From Nitrospirota bacterium (GTDB taxonomy: Bacteria; Nitrospirota; UBA9217), in the NCBI GenBank assembly GCA_035623825.1, contig DASPSR010000051.1, positions 1-33,112 of the forward strand: a stretch of DNA of 33,112 bases, in the 5' to 3' direction. Below are positions 8,914 through 18,508 of this stretch, piece after piece. The notes under the pieces were generated by a model. It was not told the origin of the DNA. It searched no databases and worked only from the letters and a program-made list of their open reading frames with translations. The translations under genes were made by a program, and so were the position numbers. Every line of letters starts with the position of its first letter. Positions within the stretch are counted from its first letter, which is position 1.

Positions 8914-10288
8914 AGACGTAACGCAACTTCCCAATCGTTTGAATCTTGCTTTAATGGCCCTGAACAGGAACCCCGCCGTTGTTTACGGCAAGGCATACGG
9001 TGCCTATAGAAAGAAGCTTCGCGGGCCAGCCGACATAGGAACCGATATAGATCGTTTGCTCCTTGCAAGCGTAAATGATGCCATCGGGAATGTCGGTTTC
9101 TACCGAAAGAAGTACAGCGGGACAAGGATACGGTCGATCAGAGAGTTCGAAGAGTCGATCGGCTTCATCGATAAAGATACGATCCTCGAAAATTATGAAG
9201 ATTTCATCAACCGGACCGTTGACCTCTCGCGATATGATCGTGGAACAACTGGAGGAACGAGTGGTAAACCCTTGAAGCTTATCGCACCAGCAAACCGCTA
9301 CGTTGTCGAGATGGCGACTATGCACACTCTCTGGGAGCGGGCTGGTTATCGGTTCCATGCACGGGGTGTCATAAGGAACCATCGGCTTGGCGGCAGGGAC
9401 TTTGTCGTGAATCCTCTCACTCGGGAAGTGATCTTCGACGGATTCCGCCTCGACGACGAGTACTTTCGAACCATTTATCGGGTGATCAGGCAGTATCAGA
9501 TCGGATTCGTTCATTGCTATCCTTCTACTGCCTATGAGTTTTCGGCGTTCCTCCTGCGAAACAAGATTGACACCTCATTTATCAAAGCATTTCTTTCTGG
9601 ATCAGAGAACATTTTCGACTATCAGATGGATCTGATCCAGAACCGCCTCGGAATCCGGTTCTACAACTGGTACGGTCACAGTGAAAAACTGGTCCTAGCC
9701 GGTTATTGCGAAACGACCAACAATTACCATGTGGAGCCTGCCTACGGTTACTTTGAGCTCGTGGACGAACACGGCAGATTAGTGAGCGAGCCCGGCAAGG
9801 CAGGGGAAATCGTCGGCACGTCTTTTCACAATCCCGGCATGCCTTTTATCCGTTACCGGACCGGCGATTTTGCCGAATATGTCGGTGATCACTGCACTGT
9901 CTGCGGCAGGCGGGTGCCCATCATACGGAATGTGCGCGGCCGTTGGAGCGGAGACCGAATCTACCATGCCGATGGAACGTTCGTAACCACGACGGCACTG
10001 AATCTTCACAATGACCTTTATGCCGTCATAAACGGCTTGCAATATGTCCAGAGACAAGCAGGAAGACTTGAAGTACTTATCGTCAAATCAGGAGAGTTCC
10101 AGCCGCGCCATGAAAAGGCGCTTTATGCCCATTTCAGAGACAAGCTCAAGGATGGCACTCAAGTGACGATCAACTATGTCGAAAGGCTTCAGCGGGAGCC
10201 CAATGGAAAGTTTGCTCACCTCATGAGTACTTTAACACCGCCCAAAACCTCATCAGGCATCAATTCAGATGCGCTGATTAGAGATTAG
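8888..10288 (+). CDS. CapK / phenylacetate-CoA ligase-like adenylate-forming enzyme
   Basis: ANL motifs TTGGTSGKP, YPS, WYGHSE, GEIVGTS, MPFIRYRTGD, GR and terminal NGKF. ATG8888 follows gaggga and is preferred over 8759. Confidence 0.85.
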   Translation: MRWKTRLLKDVTQLPNRLNLALMALNRNPAVVYGKAYGAYRKKLRGPADIGTDIDRLLLASVNDAIGNVGFYRKKYSGTRIRSIREFEESIGFIDKDTILENYEDFINRTVDLSRYDRGTTGGTSGKPLKLIAPANRYVVEMATMHTLWERAGYRFHARGVIRNHRLGGRDFVVNPLTREVIFDGFRLDDEYFRTIYRVIRQYQIGFVHCYPSTAYEFSAFLLRNKIDTSFIKAFLSGSENIFDYQMDLIQNRLGIRFYNWYGHSEKLVLAGYCETTNNYHVEPAYGYFELVDEHGRLVSEPGKAGEIVGTSFHNPGMPFIRYRTGDFAEYVGDHCTVCGRRVPIIRNVRGRWSGDRIYHADGTFVTTTALNLHNDLYAVINGLQYVQRQAGRLEVLIVKSGEFQPRHEKALYAHFRDKLKDGTQVTINYVERLQREPNGKFAHLMSTLTPPKTSSGINSDALIRD

Positions 10289-10310
10289 GAGAGCGGAGAG
10301 AGGACCAAAA

Positions 10311-12812
10311 ATGACTTCCAGAAGGATGAAAGCAAGCATGAGCAAGAAACATCTCGAACTTCTCCTAAACTTGTGCGTATTGATAGTTACGCTATTTGAA
10401 TCTGGCTGCGGCGGCATCGGTCAAGTTCAGAGCTCTACCCCAAGTCAGAATCATGGCAGTTCTTTCAGCCAGAACTTGAGTTCCGGTACGCCTGTCCTTG
10501 AAAATGGATATACGGAAACCCAGGTTGCTGCTATTGCTGCATCGTCTAACCCTTTATCGTTCTCTTATCGCACATTCGACACAGTAGGTGATGGTAAGAT
10601 TCACAGCATCATAGCTGGCGACTATGACGGCTCCGGGACTCTTGACTGGTCTGACCTGAGCGCTTTGCTGCAAATTCTTTGTCCGTCCACTCCTAAAACA
10701 GATGCGTATGGGCCCTTTTGCGGGACTTTGTATATTCCGCCTGGAACGTGGAACAGTATCAGTGACGCTCAGGCCTCATCGGGAACTATTGGTAATTACG
10801 GCTCTGGAAATCGGTGCGCTTCCAGCGGTCCGACAGGCTGGAATAACGACTCTATTTTTATTAATCACGATACGAACCCGATAAATCGCCTGAGAATTAT
10901 CGGCAGCGGCATCGATAAAACAATCCTCACGATGCGACTTTCCCGTCCTAATTATTGCAAGTGGCATGGCGCAATAGGAGGCGGCGGGATCTGGTTATAT
11001 CACAAAAATGTGTACGGCCCCGGGCCCAACATTGAAGTGGCGGGGTTTACATATAATGGCCTTCCGGGAAGAACGACGAACAGCAAGCTTTCGTGCCTGA
11101 GCGACACAAGCGTAACGCTCGACACCGCGTATTCGGCATGTGGCTTTGGCAGGGTTACTCAAGATGCGATCAGCATTTATGCCACAACCGCGAATGGAAA
11201 GTATGTTGAGCCCTTGATTACGTCATCTCCCAATGCTTCTGTTCACGATGTATTGATCACGCAGGCTGACTATATCGGAGTTACCATAGCTGCCTATGAT
11301 GGTGTTCAGGTGAATAATATCACCGTCGGAAAAACCGGAACACCCAATGCCGGTGTAGGCAATGTCGGCGCAGTCTTATACAATACGAAAAATGCCGTAG
11401 TCAATAATGTGAACATCTCTCACTGCCAATCAGCCATTCCCGAAGGCGCGTTCCATATAGAATCAAGCGCAGACAATTACAATGGTCCGGGGAGCAATAC
11501 AGAGCCAGCGCCTTCCAGGAACAGCACGGTCAATAATATTACCATTACCGATTGTTATAAAGGCATTGATATTGTCGCCTTGGGTTCGGGAGGCATTGAT
11601 AACGTAACGTTCAATAACGTTTACATAGACAATATCGGATTGAGAAATGTTTCACCATGGACATGGTCGCCAATTATTGCAAATGCAATAAACATTTCGG
11701 ACGATGCCTGTTTCTGGGTTCTGCCCGCGGCAACCACACCGTGCTATATCACCAACTTGACATTCAACGGCGGGACTATCGGCACCGAATCCCATGGTAT
11801 TTCGGGAATGGCAATAGACGGGCTCAGTAATGTTGCTACTGGACTTACGACAACTCATCATAATTGGACATTTCAGAATCTCAATATCGTAAATGCCGGA
11901 GTTAATCAGTCAGCTGCGATGGTAAGCTTAGAGGGGGGAGCGGGATCAGGTTACACCTCGGGATTGCAATTTATCAACAATACTTTAAATGGGAACGGGA
12001 ATGGTCTACAATCCCTCCTCGCGTTGCAAGCTGCCAATAATGCTGTTGTTTCCGGCAATTCATTCTTCGGTACACTGAGCGGCACATGGGCGTCGCAGGC
12101 ATTCTCTGTATATTCATCAGCTGTTAAATTTGTTAATAATAACTTTGCCCTGAGCGGAGGCCCAAACAGTTCCGCTCTGACTTTACATACCGGGGAAAGC
12201 GGGGATACAATAAGCGGCAACACGATAATTGCCACCTCGGGCTTGACAGCGATTAACGTGGATGCCGGCTCCGGCGGGCATACCATAGCGAGCAATACTC
12301 TCATTGGTCCAACCACCTATGGTCTCGCTGTTAATGCCGGGTTGGGAAATATCATCGAAGGCAATATAGTTGATGGGTCCGAAATTTACATAGGCGCTGA
12401 AATAGCGAAAGTCTATAGTAACACGATCTACAACTCGCCGACGTATGGCATTAACGATCAAGCTGGTTCTGACATCCGCAATAACATTGTCAGTAATGCC
12501 AGTACAAGCAATCCAGGATTGGCCAGTCTAAACGTAGCGCCGGGGAAAGTGGCTTTTGGAACCACAAACTGGTTTACAGGCCAGATATGGGGAACTTATT
12601 CTGATTTAAACGGACAGAACCCGGCCAATAAAGGCGATCCGCTTTTTATCAATGCGGTTAGCGCAAATTATCACTTGCAGCAAAATTCTCCATGTATCGG
12701 TGCAGGCCAGTGGCCTGGGACGGTAAGTTCGCTTTGCGATAACGAAGGAATATGTTCTGGCAATGTTGGCAGCTTGAACATAGGCGCTTTTTGCTGGGTA
12801 TCAGAACCCTAG
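10311..12812 (+). CDS. Exported right-handed parallel beta-helix protein (pectin-lyase-like fold) with choice-of-anchor-Q-like C-terminus; possible lipoprotein
   Basis: N/G/I/T-rich repeats (ISGNTI, IASNTL, IEGNIV, IRNNIV); GTLYIPPGTW and IIGSGIDKTIL cap motifs; C-terminal DPLFINAVSANYHLQQNSPCIGAG...NIGAF; hydrophobic N-terminus ending SGCGG. Start may be 10326 or 10338. Confidence 0.75.
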   Translation: MTSRRMKASMSKKHLELLLNLCVLIVTLFESGCGGIGQVQSSTPSQNHGSSFSQNLSSGTPVLENGYTETQVAAIAASSNPLSFSYRTFDTVGDGKIHSIIAGDYDGSGTLDWSDLSALLQILCPSTPKTDAYGPFCGTLYIPPGTWNSISDAQASSGTIGNYGSGNRCASSGPTGWNNDSIFINHDTNPINRLRIIGSGIDKTILTMRLSRPNYCKWHGAIGGGGIWLYHKNVYGPGPNIEVAGFTYNGLPGRTTNSKLSCLSDTSVTLDTAYSACGFGRVTQDAISIYATTANGKYVEPLITSSPNASVHDVLITQADYIGVTIAAYDGVQVNNITVGKTGTPNAGVGNVGAVLYNTKNAVVNNVNISHCQSAIPEGAFHIESSADNYNGPGSNTEPAPSRNSTVNNITITDCYKGIDIVALGSGGIDNVTFNNVYIDNIGLRNVSPWTWSPIIANAINISDDACFWVLPAATTPCYITNLTFNGGTIGTESHGISGMAIDGLSNVATGLTTTHHNWTFQNLNIVNAGVNQSAAMVSLEGGAGSGYTSGLQFINNTLNGNGNGLQSLLALQAANNAVVSGNSFFGTLSGTWASQAFSVYSSAVKFVNNNFALSGGPNSSALTLHTGESGDTISGNTIIATSGLTAINVDAGSGGHTIASNTLIGPTTYGLAVNAGLGNIIEGNIVDGSEIYIGAEIAKVYSNTIYNSPTYGINDQAGSDIRNNIVSNASTSNPGLASLNVAPGKVAFGTTNWFTGQIWGTYSDLNGQNPANKGDPLFINAVSANYHLQQNSPCIGAGQWPGTVSSLCDNEGICSGNVGSLNIGAFCWVSEP

Positions 12813-12823
12813 AGGAAAAGATT

Positions 12824-14974
12824 ATGCAACAGCTTACACAAAAACTGAAAAACGGCGAAATGCAAATAATTGAAGTACCCGTTCCCGCCCTGCAGATGGG
12901 CCATGTCCTGGTCAGAAATCACTATTCCCTGATCAGCGTCGGAACCGACGCAAGCACGGTAAAGGCCGCGAGGAGCAACCTGTTCGAAAAGGCAAAAGCC
13001 CGGCCCCAGCACGTCAAGCAGATCGTTGATGTCGTCCGGAACCAAGGCCTGAATCAGGCCTACCGCGCTGTTATCAAGAAACTAGATGCGTACCAGGCAC
13101 TTGGGTATTCGAGTGCCGGTGAGGTGATTGCAATAGGGGAGGGTGTGACCGAATTCAGCGCCGGCGACCTCGTGGCCTGCGGGGGGCTATCCGCCTCTCA
13201 CGCGGAGATCGTGTCGGCGCCTGCTAGCCTGTGCGTCAAGCTTCACCACGATGCCGATCTAAAGCAGGCGTCCTACAATACTCTCGGCGCTATCGCCATG
13301 CAGGGGGTTCGTCAGGCCGACCTCCGGCTCGGAGAAACGTGCGCCGTGATAGGGCTCGGCCTTCTGGGTCAGCTGTCATCGCTCCTTATGCGGGCATCGG
13401 GAATCAGGGTCATCGGCATTGATATAGACCCCGGCATGGTGAAAATCGCTGGATCGCACTGCGCTGACCTCGCTCTTCAAAGAAACGCGGACGGTATTGA
13501 AGATAAAATTTCCCTGTTCACGAAGGGGATTGGTTGCGACGCAGTGATCATTACGGCCGCGACAGATGCACTTGACCCGATCAATTTCGCAGGCGCAATT
13601 GCCCGAAAAAGAGGGACGGTCGTCGTGGTCGGAGCAGTGCCCACAGGTTTCGATCGCGACCCTTACTATTACAAAAAAGAACTGCAGGTCCGAATGTCCT
13701 GTTCCTATGGGCCGGGTCGCTACGATCCCCAGTATGAGGAGAAGGGGATTGATTATCCCGTGGCATACGTGCGCTGGACGGAAAAGCGCAATATGGAGGC
13801 ATTCCAGGAATTGCTCTATACGAAAAAACTGGATCTGAGCTATCTCACGACCCACTTTTTCAAGCTGGAAGAAGCGCCCGCAGCCTACGACCTGATGCTG
13901 TCGAGATCCGAGCCGGTGATCGGGATCGTGATCGAATACGATGCAAAAAGACCAACGCCGACACCATCTGTCATAATCCGCGGCAATCACGGATCAGTGC
14001 AGACTGCGAATAGTGCCATGATCGGATTTATCGGAGCAGGCAGTTATGCCCAAAGCCACCTCCTGCCGAATATCCCGCGCAACGAGAAGGTCAAACTTGT
14101 CGGAGTCATGACCGCAACGGGTACAGGGTCCCGGTCTGTTGGGGACAGGTACGGTTTCGAGTTCTGCGCGTGCGACGAGCGGGCAATCATCGACAATCCC
14201 GACATCAACACCGTGTTCATCGCCACCCGTCATGACTCTCATGCGTCCTATCTGTTGAAGGCCATAAAGGCAGGCAAGCATGTGTTCCTTGAAAAACCCC
14301 TGTGCACCCATGAAAATGAACTCGCGGAAATCGCTGACTGCCTCCAGACGATGTATCCCGCACCATTGCTCATGGTCGGATATAACCGGCGTCTCTCACC
14401 GCTGGCGGATGCGATCAAAAAGGTGTTCGGTAATGGTCCTATGGCCATGCTATACCGCATAAACGCCGGCGCCGTACCGCCCGATTCGTGGATTCAGGAC
14501 CCGGAGCGCGGGGGTGGCCGCATCATCGGAGAGGTTTGTCATTTCGTCGATTTTCTCACCTTCATGAACGGTTCGAGGCCCTCGTCTGTTACCGCCCAAG
14601 CAATGAATGGTGGCCCGAACCTTCGGGACGTTCTCAGTGTCTCTCTCTCCTATGAAAACGGATCCATCGGTACGATTATGTATCTGGCCAACGGCGACAA
14701 GGGTGTGCCCAAGGAGCGGGTCGAGATCTACGCCCACGGGTGTACAGCCATACTCGACGATTTCAAAACGCTCACCCTCTACTCCAAGGGGAAAAAGAGG
14801 GGGAAAAAGCTTCTGAGCCAGGACAAGGGGCAGAAGGCGGAGGTAAGGATGTTTCTCGACGCCGTCATTAACAACCGTGAAGCACCCATCCCTTTCAGCG
14901 AATTGTACAGCACCTCTCTGGTGACCTTTAAAATAATCGAATCCATCCAAAAGGGTGTCGGCATCCGCATTTGA
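12824..14974 (+). CDS. Bi-domain oxidoreductase (MDR/ADH-like + Gfo/Idh/MocA)
   Basis: ATG12824 after gaggaa. Domain 1: SLISVGT, LGYSSAG, VIGLGLLG, SYGPGRYD. Domain 2: FIGAGSYA, ATRHDSHA, HVFLEKP, VGYNRR, GRIIGEVCHFVD. Confidence 0.9.
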   Translation: MQQLTQKLKNGEMQIIEVPVPALQMGHVLVRNHYSLISVGTDASTVKAARSNLFEKAKARPQHVKQIVDVVRNQGLNQAYRAVIKKLDAYQALGYSSAGEVIAIGEGVTEFSAGDLVACGGLSASHAEIVSAPASLCVKLHHDADLKQASYNTLGAIAMQGVRQADLRLGETCAVIGLGLLGQLSSLLMRASGIRVIGIDIDPGMVKIAGSHCADLALQRNADGIEDKISLFTKGIGCDAVIITAATDALDPINFAGAIARKRGTVVVVGAVPTGFDRDPYYYKKELQVRMSCSYGPGRYDPQYEEKGIDYPVAYVRWTEKRNMEAFQELLYTKKLDLSYLTTHFFKLEEAPAAYDLMLSRSEPVIGIVIEYDAKRPTPTPSVIIRGNHGSVQTANSAMIGFIGAGSYAQSHLLPNIPRNEKVKLVGVMTATGTGSRSVGDRYGFEFCACDERAIIDNPDINTVFIATRHDSHASYLLKAIKAGKHVFLEKPLCTHENELAEIADCLQTMYPAPLLMVGYNRRLSPLADAIKKVFGNGPMAMLYRINAGAVPPDSWIQDPERGGGRIIGEVCHFVDFLTFMNGSRPSSVTAQAMNGGPNLRDVLSVSLSYENGSIGTIMYLANGDKGVPKERVEIYAHGCTAILDDFKTLTLYSKGKKRGKKLLSQDKGQKAEVRMFLDAVINNREAPIPFSELYSTSLVTFKIIESIQKGVGIRI

Positions 14975-15025
14975 GATCAGACCACTGATCTACTTTCCTC
15001 GATTTTACTGAAAAAGGACGTTTAC

Positions 15026-15730
15026 ATGAGACATGCATATTTAAATGGAAAGAAAACGCACGCGTTTTGTTCAAAAGAAGATCTTATTCGATACATTACT
15101 GAAAAGAATAAAATACTCATAGCGATCAACTCAGAAAAGATTCTCAATGAAGACTTGAAGTTGAGCGAAATCATCAATAACAATATCGGCTACCCTGACG
15201 GAGTGGGAGCTGTTCTAGCTTTACGGAGGAAAGGCATACGGGCCGTCAAGATCCGAGGCGCAGAGCTATGGCTCGACATTATCGATGCGTATCAGCAGGA
15301 GAAGAGTTTTTACTTGCTCGGGGGAACCGATGAGGTTATAGGAAAGACCGTGGAAAAGCTGAAGAAGGACTTTCCTGCAATAAGGATTCAAGGTTTTCGG
15401 AATGGCTATTTCGATAAGGTCCAATATGCGGAGATCAAGGAGGATATCCGGATAAAAAAGCCCGATATTGTCTTTGTAGCCATGGGATCTCCCAAGCAGG
15501 AATACATTATGTCCGACCTGATTCAGGAGCATTCCGCCCTATACATGGGGCTCGGTGGCAGTTTTGATCTTTATTGCGGCAAGACCAAGCCCGTGCCGGA
15601 GTGGTGGAACAAAGTATTTATGTGGGAGGGCATTTATCGATGCTTTCTTGATAACAAGAACCTTCCACGATGGCAGAAACAGATTCCGGTATTAAGGATT
15701 TTATACAGGATTGCCTTCAACAGGCTGTGA
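15026..15730 (+). CDS. WecB/TagA/CpsF family GT26 glycosyltransferase (WecG-like ManNAc(A) transferase)
   Basis: AINSEK, YPDGVG, GAELW, FYLLGG, FVAMGSPKQE, MGLGGSFD, WEGIYR. Confidence 0.9.
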   Translation: MRHAYLNGKKTHAFCSKEDLIRYITEKNKILIAINSEKILNEDLKLSEIINNNIGYPDGVGAVLALRRKGIRAVKIRGAELWLDIIDAYQQEKSFYLLGGTDEVIGKTVEKLKKDFPAIRIQGFRNGYFDKVQYAEIKEDIRIKKPDIVFVAMGSPKQEYIMSDLIQEHSALYMGLGGSFDLYCGKTKPVPEWWNKVFMWEGIYRCFLDNKNLPRWQKQIPVLRILYRIAFNRL

Positions 15731-15767
15731 CAGACTAGGCCCGTCCGGTACGAGGGACATCTGAGAA

Positions 15768-17663
15768 ATGAAGATCAGTTGGTACTTTCACCGCATGAGG
15801 AAGATGAGCGTCAAAGAACTCCCAGGACGCGTCATAGAGAGAATCGTCACACACGCGTCATGGCTGACATTTATATGCCTAAAGAGGCCATATTCGCACT
15901 TTGCCCCAGATAAATCAATCGTGTTGCTGCCATTGCCCGGAGTGCGAATCCCTGTCGATCCGAAGATGTACGATGTCTACCGCAGAACCATTGATCTCAT
16001 GGGACCTGTTGATTGGTACTCGGCAGAAGGGAAATCCCGCAATAGTAGCTGGCCCACGAGCTACTACGCGAATATAGATTACAAGCCTGGAAATCCGTGG
16101 GGCGATATTCGGATGAATTGGGAGCTGAACCGTCTGCAATTTCTCCCTGCCATGGCTGTTTTGGATGAGGTTCGGGCGCAGCAATTGCTGCAGGACTGGC
16201 TCGAAAAGACACCGTATCTCCAGGGACCTTCTTACGTTAGCCCAATGGAAGTAGCCATTCGTTGGATCTCCATATACTGGGCAATATGTCTTATGACTAA
16301 GCCACTTGATCGACAACTGAAAAGGAATATCGAGGGCCTATGCGCCGCTTCAGGGCGGTTCATCGAGAAACGCCTTTCCACTCACTCGTCGGCCGGGAAC
16401 CATTTGATCGTGGAAGCAGTCGGACTTTTCTGGCTTGGTAAGGCTCTTGAATCGACGAAGCAAGGAATCGCTTGGCTTTCCAAGGGGCGACAGATCCTCT
16501 GGGATCAGGCATTGAGGCAAATTCTTCCTGACGGAACCGGCAGGGAGCAGTCCTTTTGGTATCTCGGCTTTGTACTCGACGCGCTATTTCACTACCTCCT
16601 GCTGGAAGACCGCAAGTTGGTTCCTCAAGAGGTCTTGCACAGAATCGAAAACGCCTTGGATTTCGTAGACGCTATGATCCTTCCTGATGGCTCTTTTTTT
16701 GATTATGGAGATCGAGATGATGGCTCCATCTTCAGATCGGATTGGCGGTACGAGGAGTCTCCCTTCCCAAGCCTTCTGAGCCATGGAAGTTTATTCTTCC
16801 AGAAAACGCAGTGGTACCGGGACTCACCGATGGCCGCAAGGCGCCTAAAGTTCTGGGGGTATGAGCCGCCGCGTGCATCAACGAGCTCAGCATCTGTTAA
16901 CACGGCAGAAACAGGGCTGGCATCAAAAAAAGTCATCACCTACCGGGACGGCGGCATGACGCTGATGAGACAAGGGGATGGGCGTCTTTTGTTTAGACAT
17001 GCGAAACTCGGCCTTGAACCCACCTACGGTCACGGTCATGCAGACGCACTTTCGGTCTTGCTAACATGGAAAAAAGTCCCGGTTCTCACGGACGGAGGAA
17101 CCGGCCAATACAATGGTGATTCGAAGGTTCGCGACTATTTTAGATCCACAATTGCACACAACACTATTGAGGTTGAAGGGGTTAGCCAAGCAAAGATCTT
17201 GGGCCCTTTTATGTGGGACCAGTCGTATGAGTGCGCCCTAAGGGCTGCCGCCGAATCGCCGATTCCCTCTGTCGAAGCGTACCATGACGCATATCAACGA
17301 AGATTTGGCATCGTCCATGTCCGCAGGATTGATTGGCCCATACCGGAAAAGATAGAGATATGGGACCGGTTTCTGGGGAAGGGTCGCCGTGTACGATGCA
17401 GAGGTTCATTCCATATCGGGAAGTGCAATCGCATCGATCAGTATGGGAGCAGGATTCTGATAACGTATGATCGCTTTGCCGTCTGTATCGCCCTGCCGAG
17501 GGAATTTGACGTTGCCGCATACCGCGAATCAATCAATCCCTTTCTTGGATGGAGATCGACTCTGTATGGATCGCTGGAACCATCCTATTCAATTGTTTAT
17601 TCCTTTATAGATACCGGGGAAGTGGGCCACAAGGTGCGGATCAATATTTTGGATGGGAATTGA
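15768..17663 (+). CDS. Heparinase II/III family protein (polysaccharide-lyase-like)
   Basis: DIRMNWELNRLQ, MEVAIR, GNHLIVEA, QILPDGTGREQSFWY, GDRDDG, GHGHADALS, RSTIAHNT. Confidence 0.88.
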   Translation: MKISWYFHRMRKMSVKELPGRVIERIVTHASWLTFICLKRPYSHFAPDKSIVLLPLPGVRIPVDPKMYDVYRRTIDLMGPVDWYSAEGKSRNSSWPTSYYANIDYKPGNPWGDIRMNWELNRLQFLPAMAVLDEVRAQQLLQDWLEKTPYLQGPSYVSPMEVAIRWISIYWAICLMTKPLDRQLKRNIEGLCAASGRFIEKRLSTHSSAGNHLIVEAVGLFWLGKALESTKQGIAWLSKGRQILWDQALRQILPDGTGREQSFWYLGFVLDALFHYLLLEDRKLVPQEVLHRIENALDFVDAMILPDGSFFDYGDRDDGSIFRSDWRYEESPFPSLLSHGSLFFQKTQWYRDSPMAARRLKFWGYEPPRASTSSASVNTAETGLASKKVITYRDGGMTLMRQGDGRLLFRHAKLGLEPTYGHGHADALSVLLTWKKVPVLTDGGTGQYNGDSKVRDYFRSTIAHNTIEVEGVSQAKILGPFMWDQSYECALRAAAESPIPSVEAYHDAYQRRFGIVHVRRIDWPIPEKIEIWDRFLGKGRRVRCRGSFHIGKCNRIDQYGSRILITYDRFAVCIALPREFDVAAYRESINPFLGWRSTLYGSLEPSYSIVYSFIDTGEVGHKVRINILDGN

Positions 17664-17851
17664 TCATCATGACATTTGCAAATCGAGGAATCTGGCCGAA
17701 CATGCCTTGTGAGCCTTTGTGATGCGAGGACACTTCAGTGGAGTCCTGCTCCGGCACAGCCGGCGGTTCCTGTAATAATTCGGCCTCATGAGGCTGGTTG
17801 CATTCCTTACCAGCCGGAGCCGGGAGAATCCAAGTCGCAGGATTAAGCCTG

Positions 17852-18508
17852 ATGAACGTAAATACACGAGCCTTGGCAATTTTTGATTTTGACAAGACCC
17901 TGATTACCGTGGATAGCTTCCGACTTTTCAGTATGACAGCGGCTGATACCTGGTGGAAGACGATTCTTGTGTTCGCTCTCGCTGTATTATGCAAATCCGG
18001 GATTATTGACAATGCTCGGTACAAGATTTCTGTTTTGCGACTGGTATGGGCCGGCAGGGAAGAAGAGCAGAAAAGCCGGATTCTGAAGGCCTTGTATCGA
18101 AGCATGAACTCTTCGCAGAACGCCGAGACCGTCAGCTTGATGCTAGATCATTTGAACCGGAATGACGAGGTAGCGATAATTTCTGCCTCCCCAGACTTTT
18201 ACCTCAGACCCTACGTGGAGTCTTCGTGGAGTAACATCAGGGTCTTTGCATCGGCCTATCAGGAGCACGACGGCAAATTATTTCTCCGGAACATGTATAG
18301 GGAAGAAAAGGCCAATTGTGCCAGGAAGCTTTCAGAAGACCTATCTCCGAAAGAGGTGGTTTTATATACCGATCACATATCCGATGCTCCCTTGATGAAG
18401 ATGGCGAATCTGACAATGATCGTAAGACCATCGAAGAGGATATGTGAAAAATTGAATAAAATGGGCGTCAAATTCGTGGCAGTTGGAGGTGATGTGCGTG
18501 AAGAATAG
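17852..18508 (+). CDS. HAD-IB family phosphatase/hydrolase
   Basis: Motif I IFDFDKTL, motif II IISASP, motif III Lys (EEKA), motif IV YTDHISDAPL; ATG17852 preferred over 17798. Confidence 0.85.
   Translation: MNVNTRALAIFDFDKTLITVDSFRLFSMTAADTWWKTILVFALAVLCKSGIIDNARYKISVLRLVWAGREEEQKSRILKALYRSMNSSQNAETVSLMLDHLNRNDEVAIISASPDFYLRPYVESSWSNIRVFASAYQEHDGKLFLRNMYREEKANCARKLSEDLSPKEVVLYTDHISDAPLMKMANLTMIVRPSKRICEKLNKMGVKFVAVGGDVREE

Noticed and set aside
7573-8934. Long - strand ORFs (242 aa, 181 aa) opposite DUF362, and similar ones at 8951-9514, 13376-13990 and 30323-30931
   Set aside because: They lie opposite well-supported + strand genes and have no motifs; typical antisense open frames.
12798-12812. 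Beta-helix protein ends in VSEP*, one base from VPEP
   Set aside because: No transmembrane helix follows in frame and the next gene starts 11 nt later; not a usable PEP-CTERM signal.
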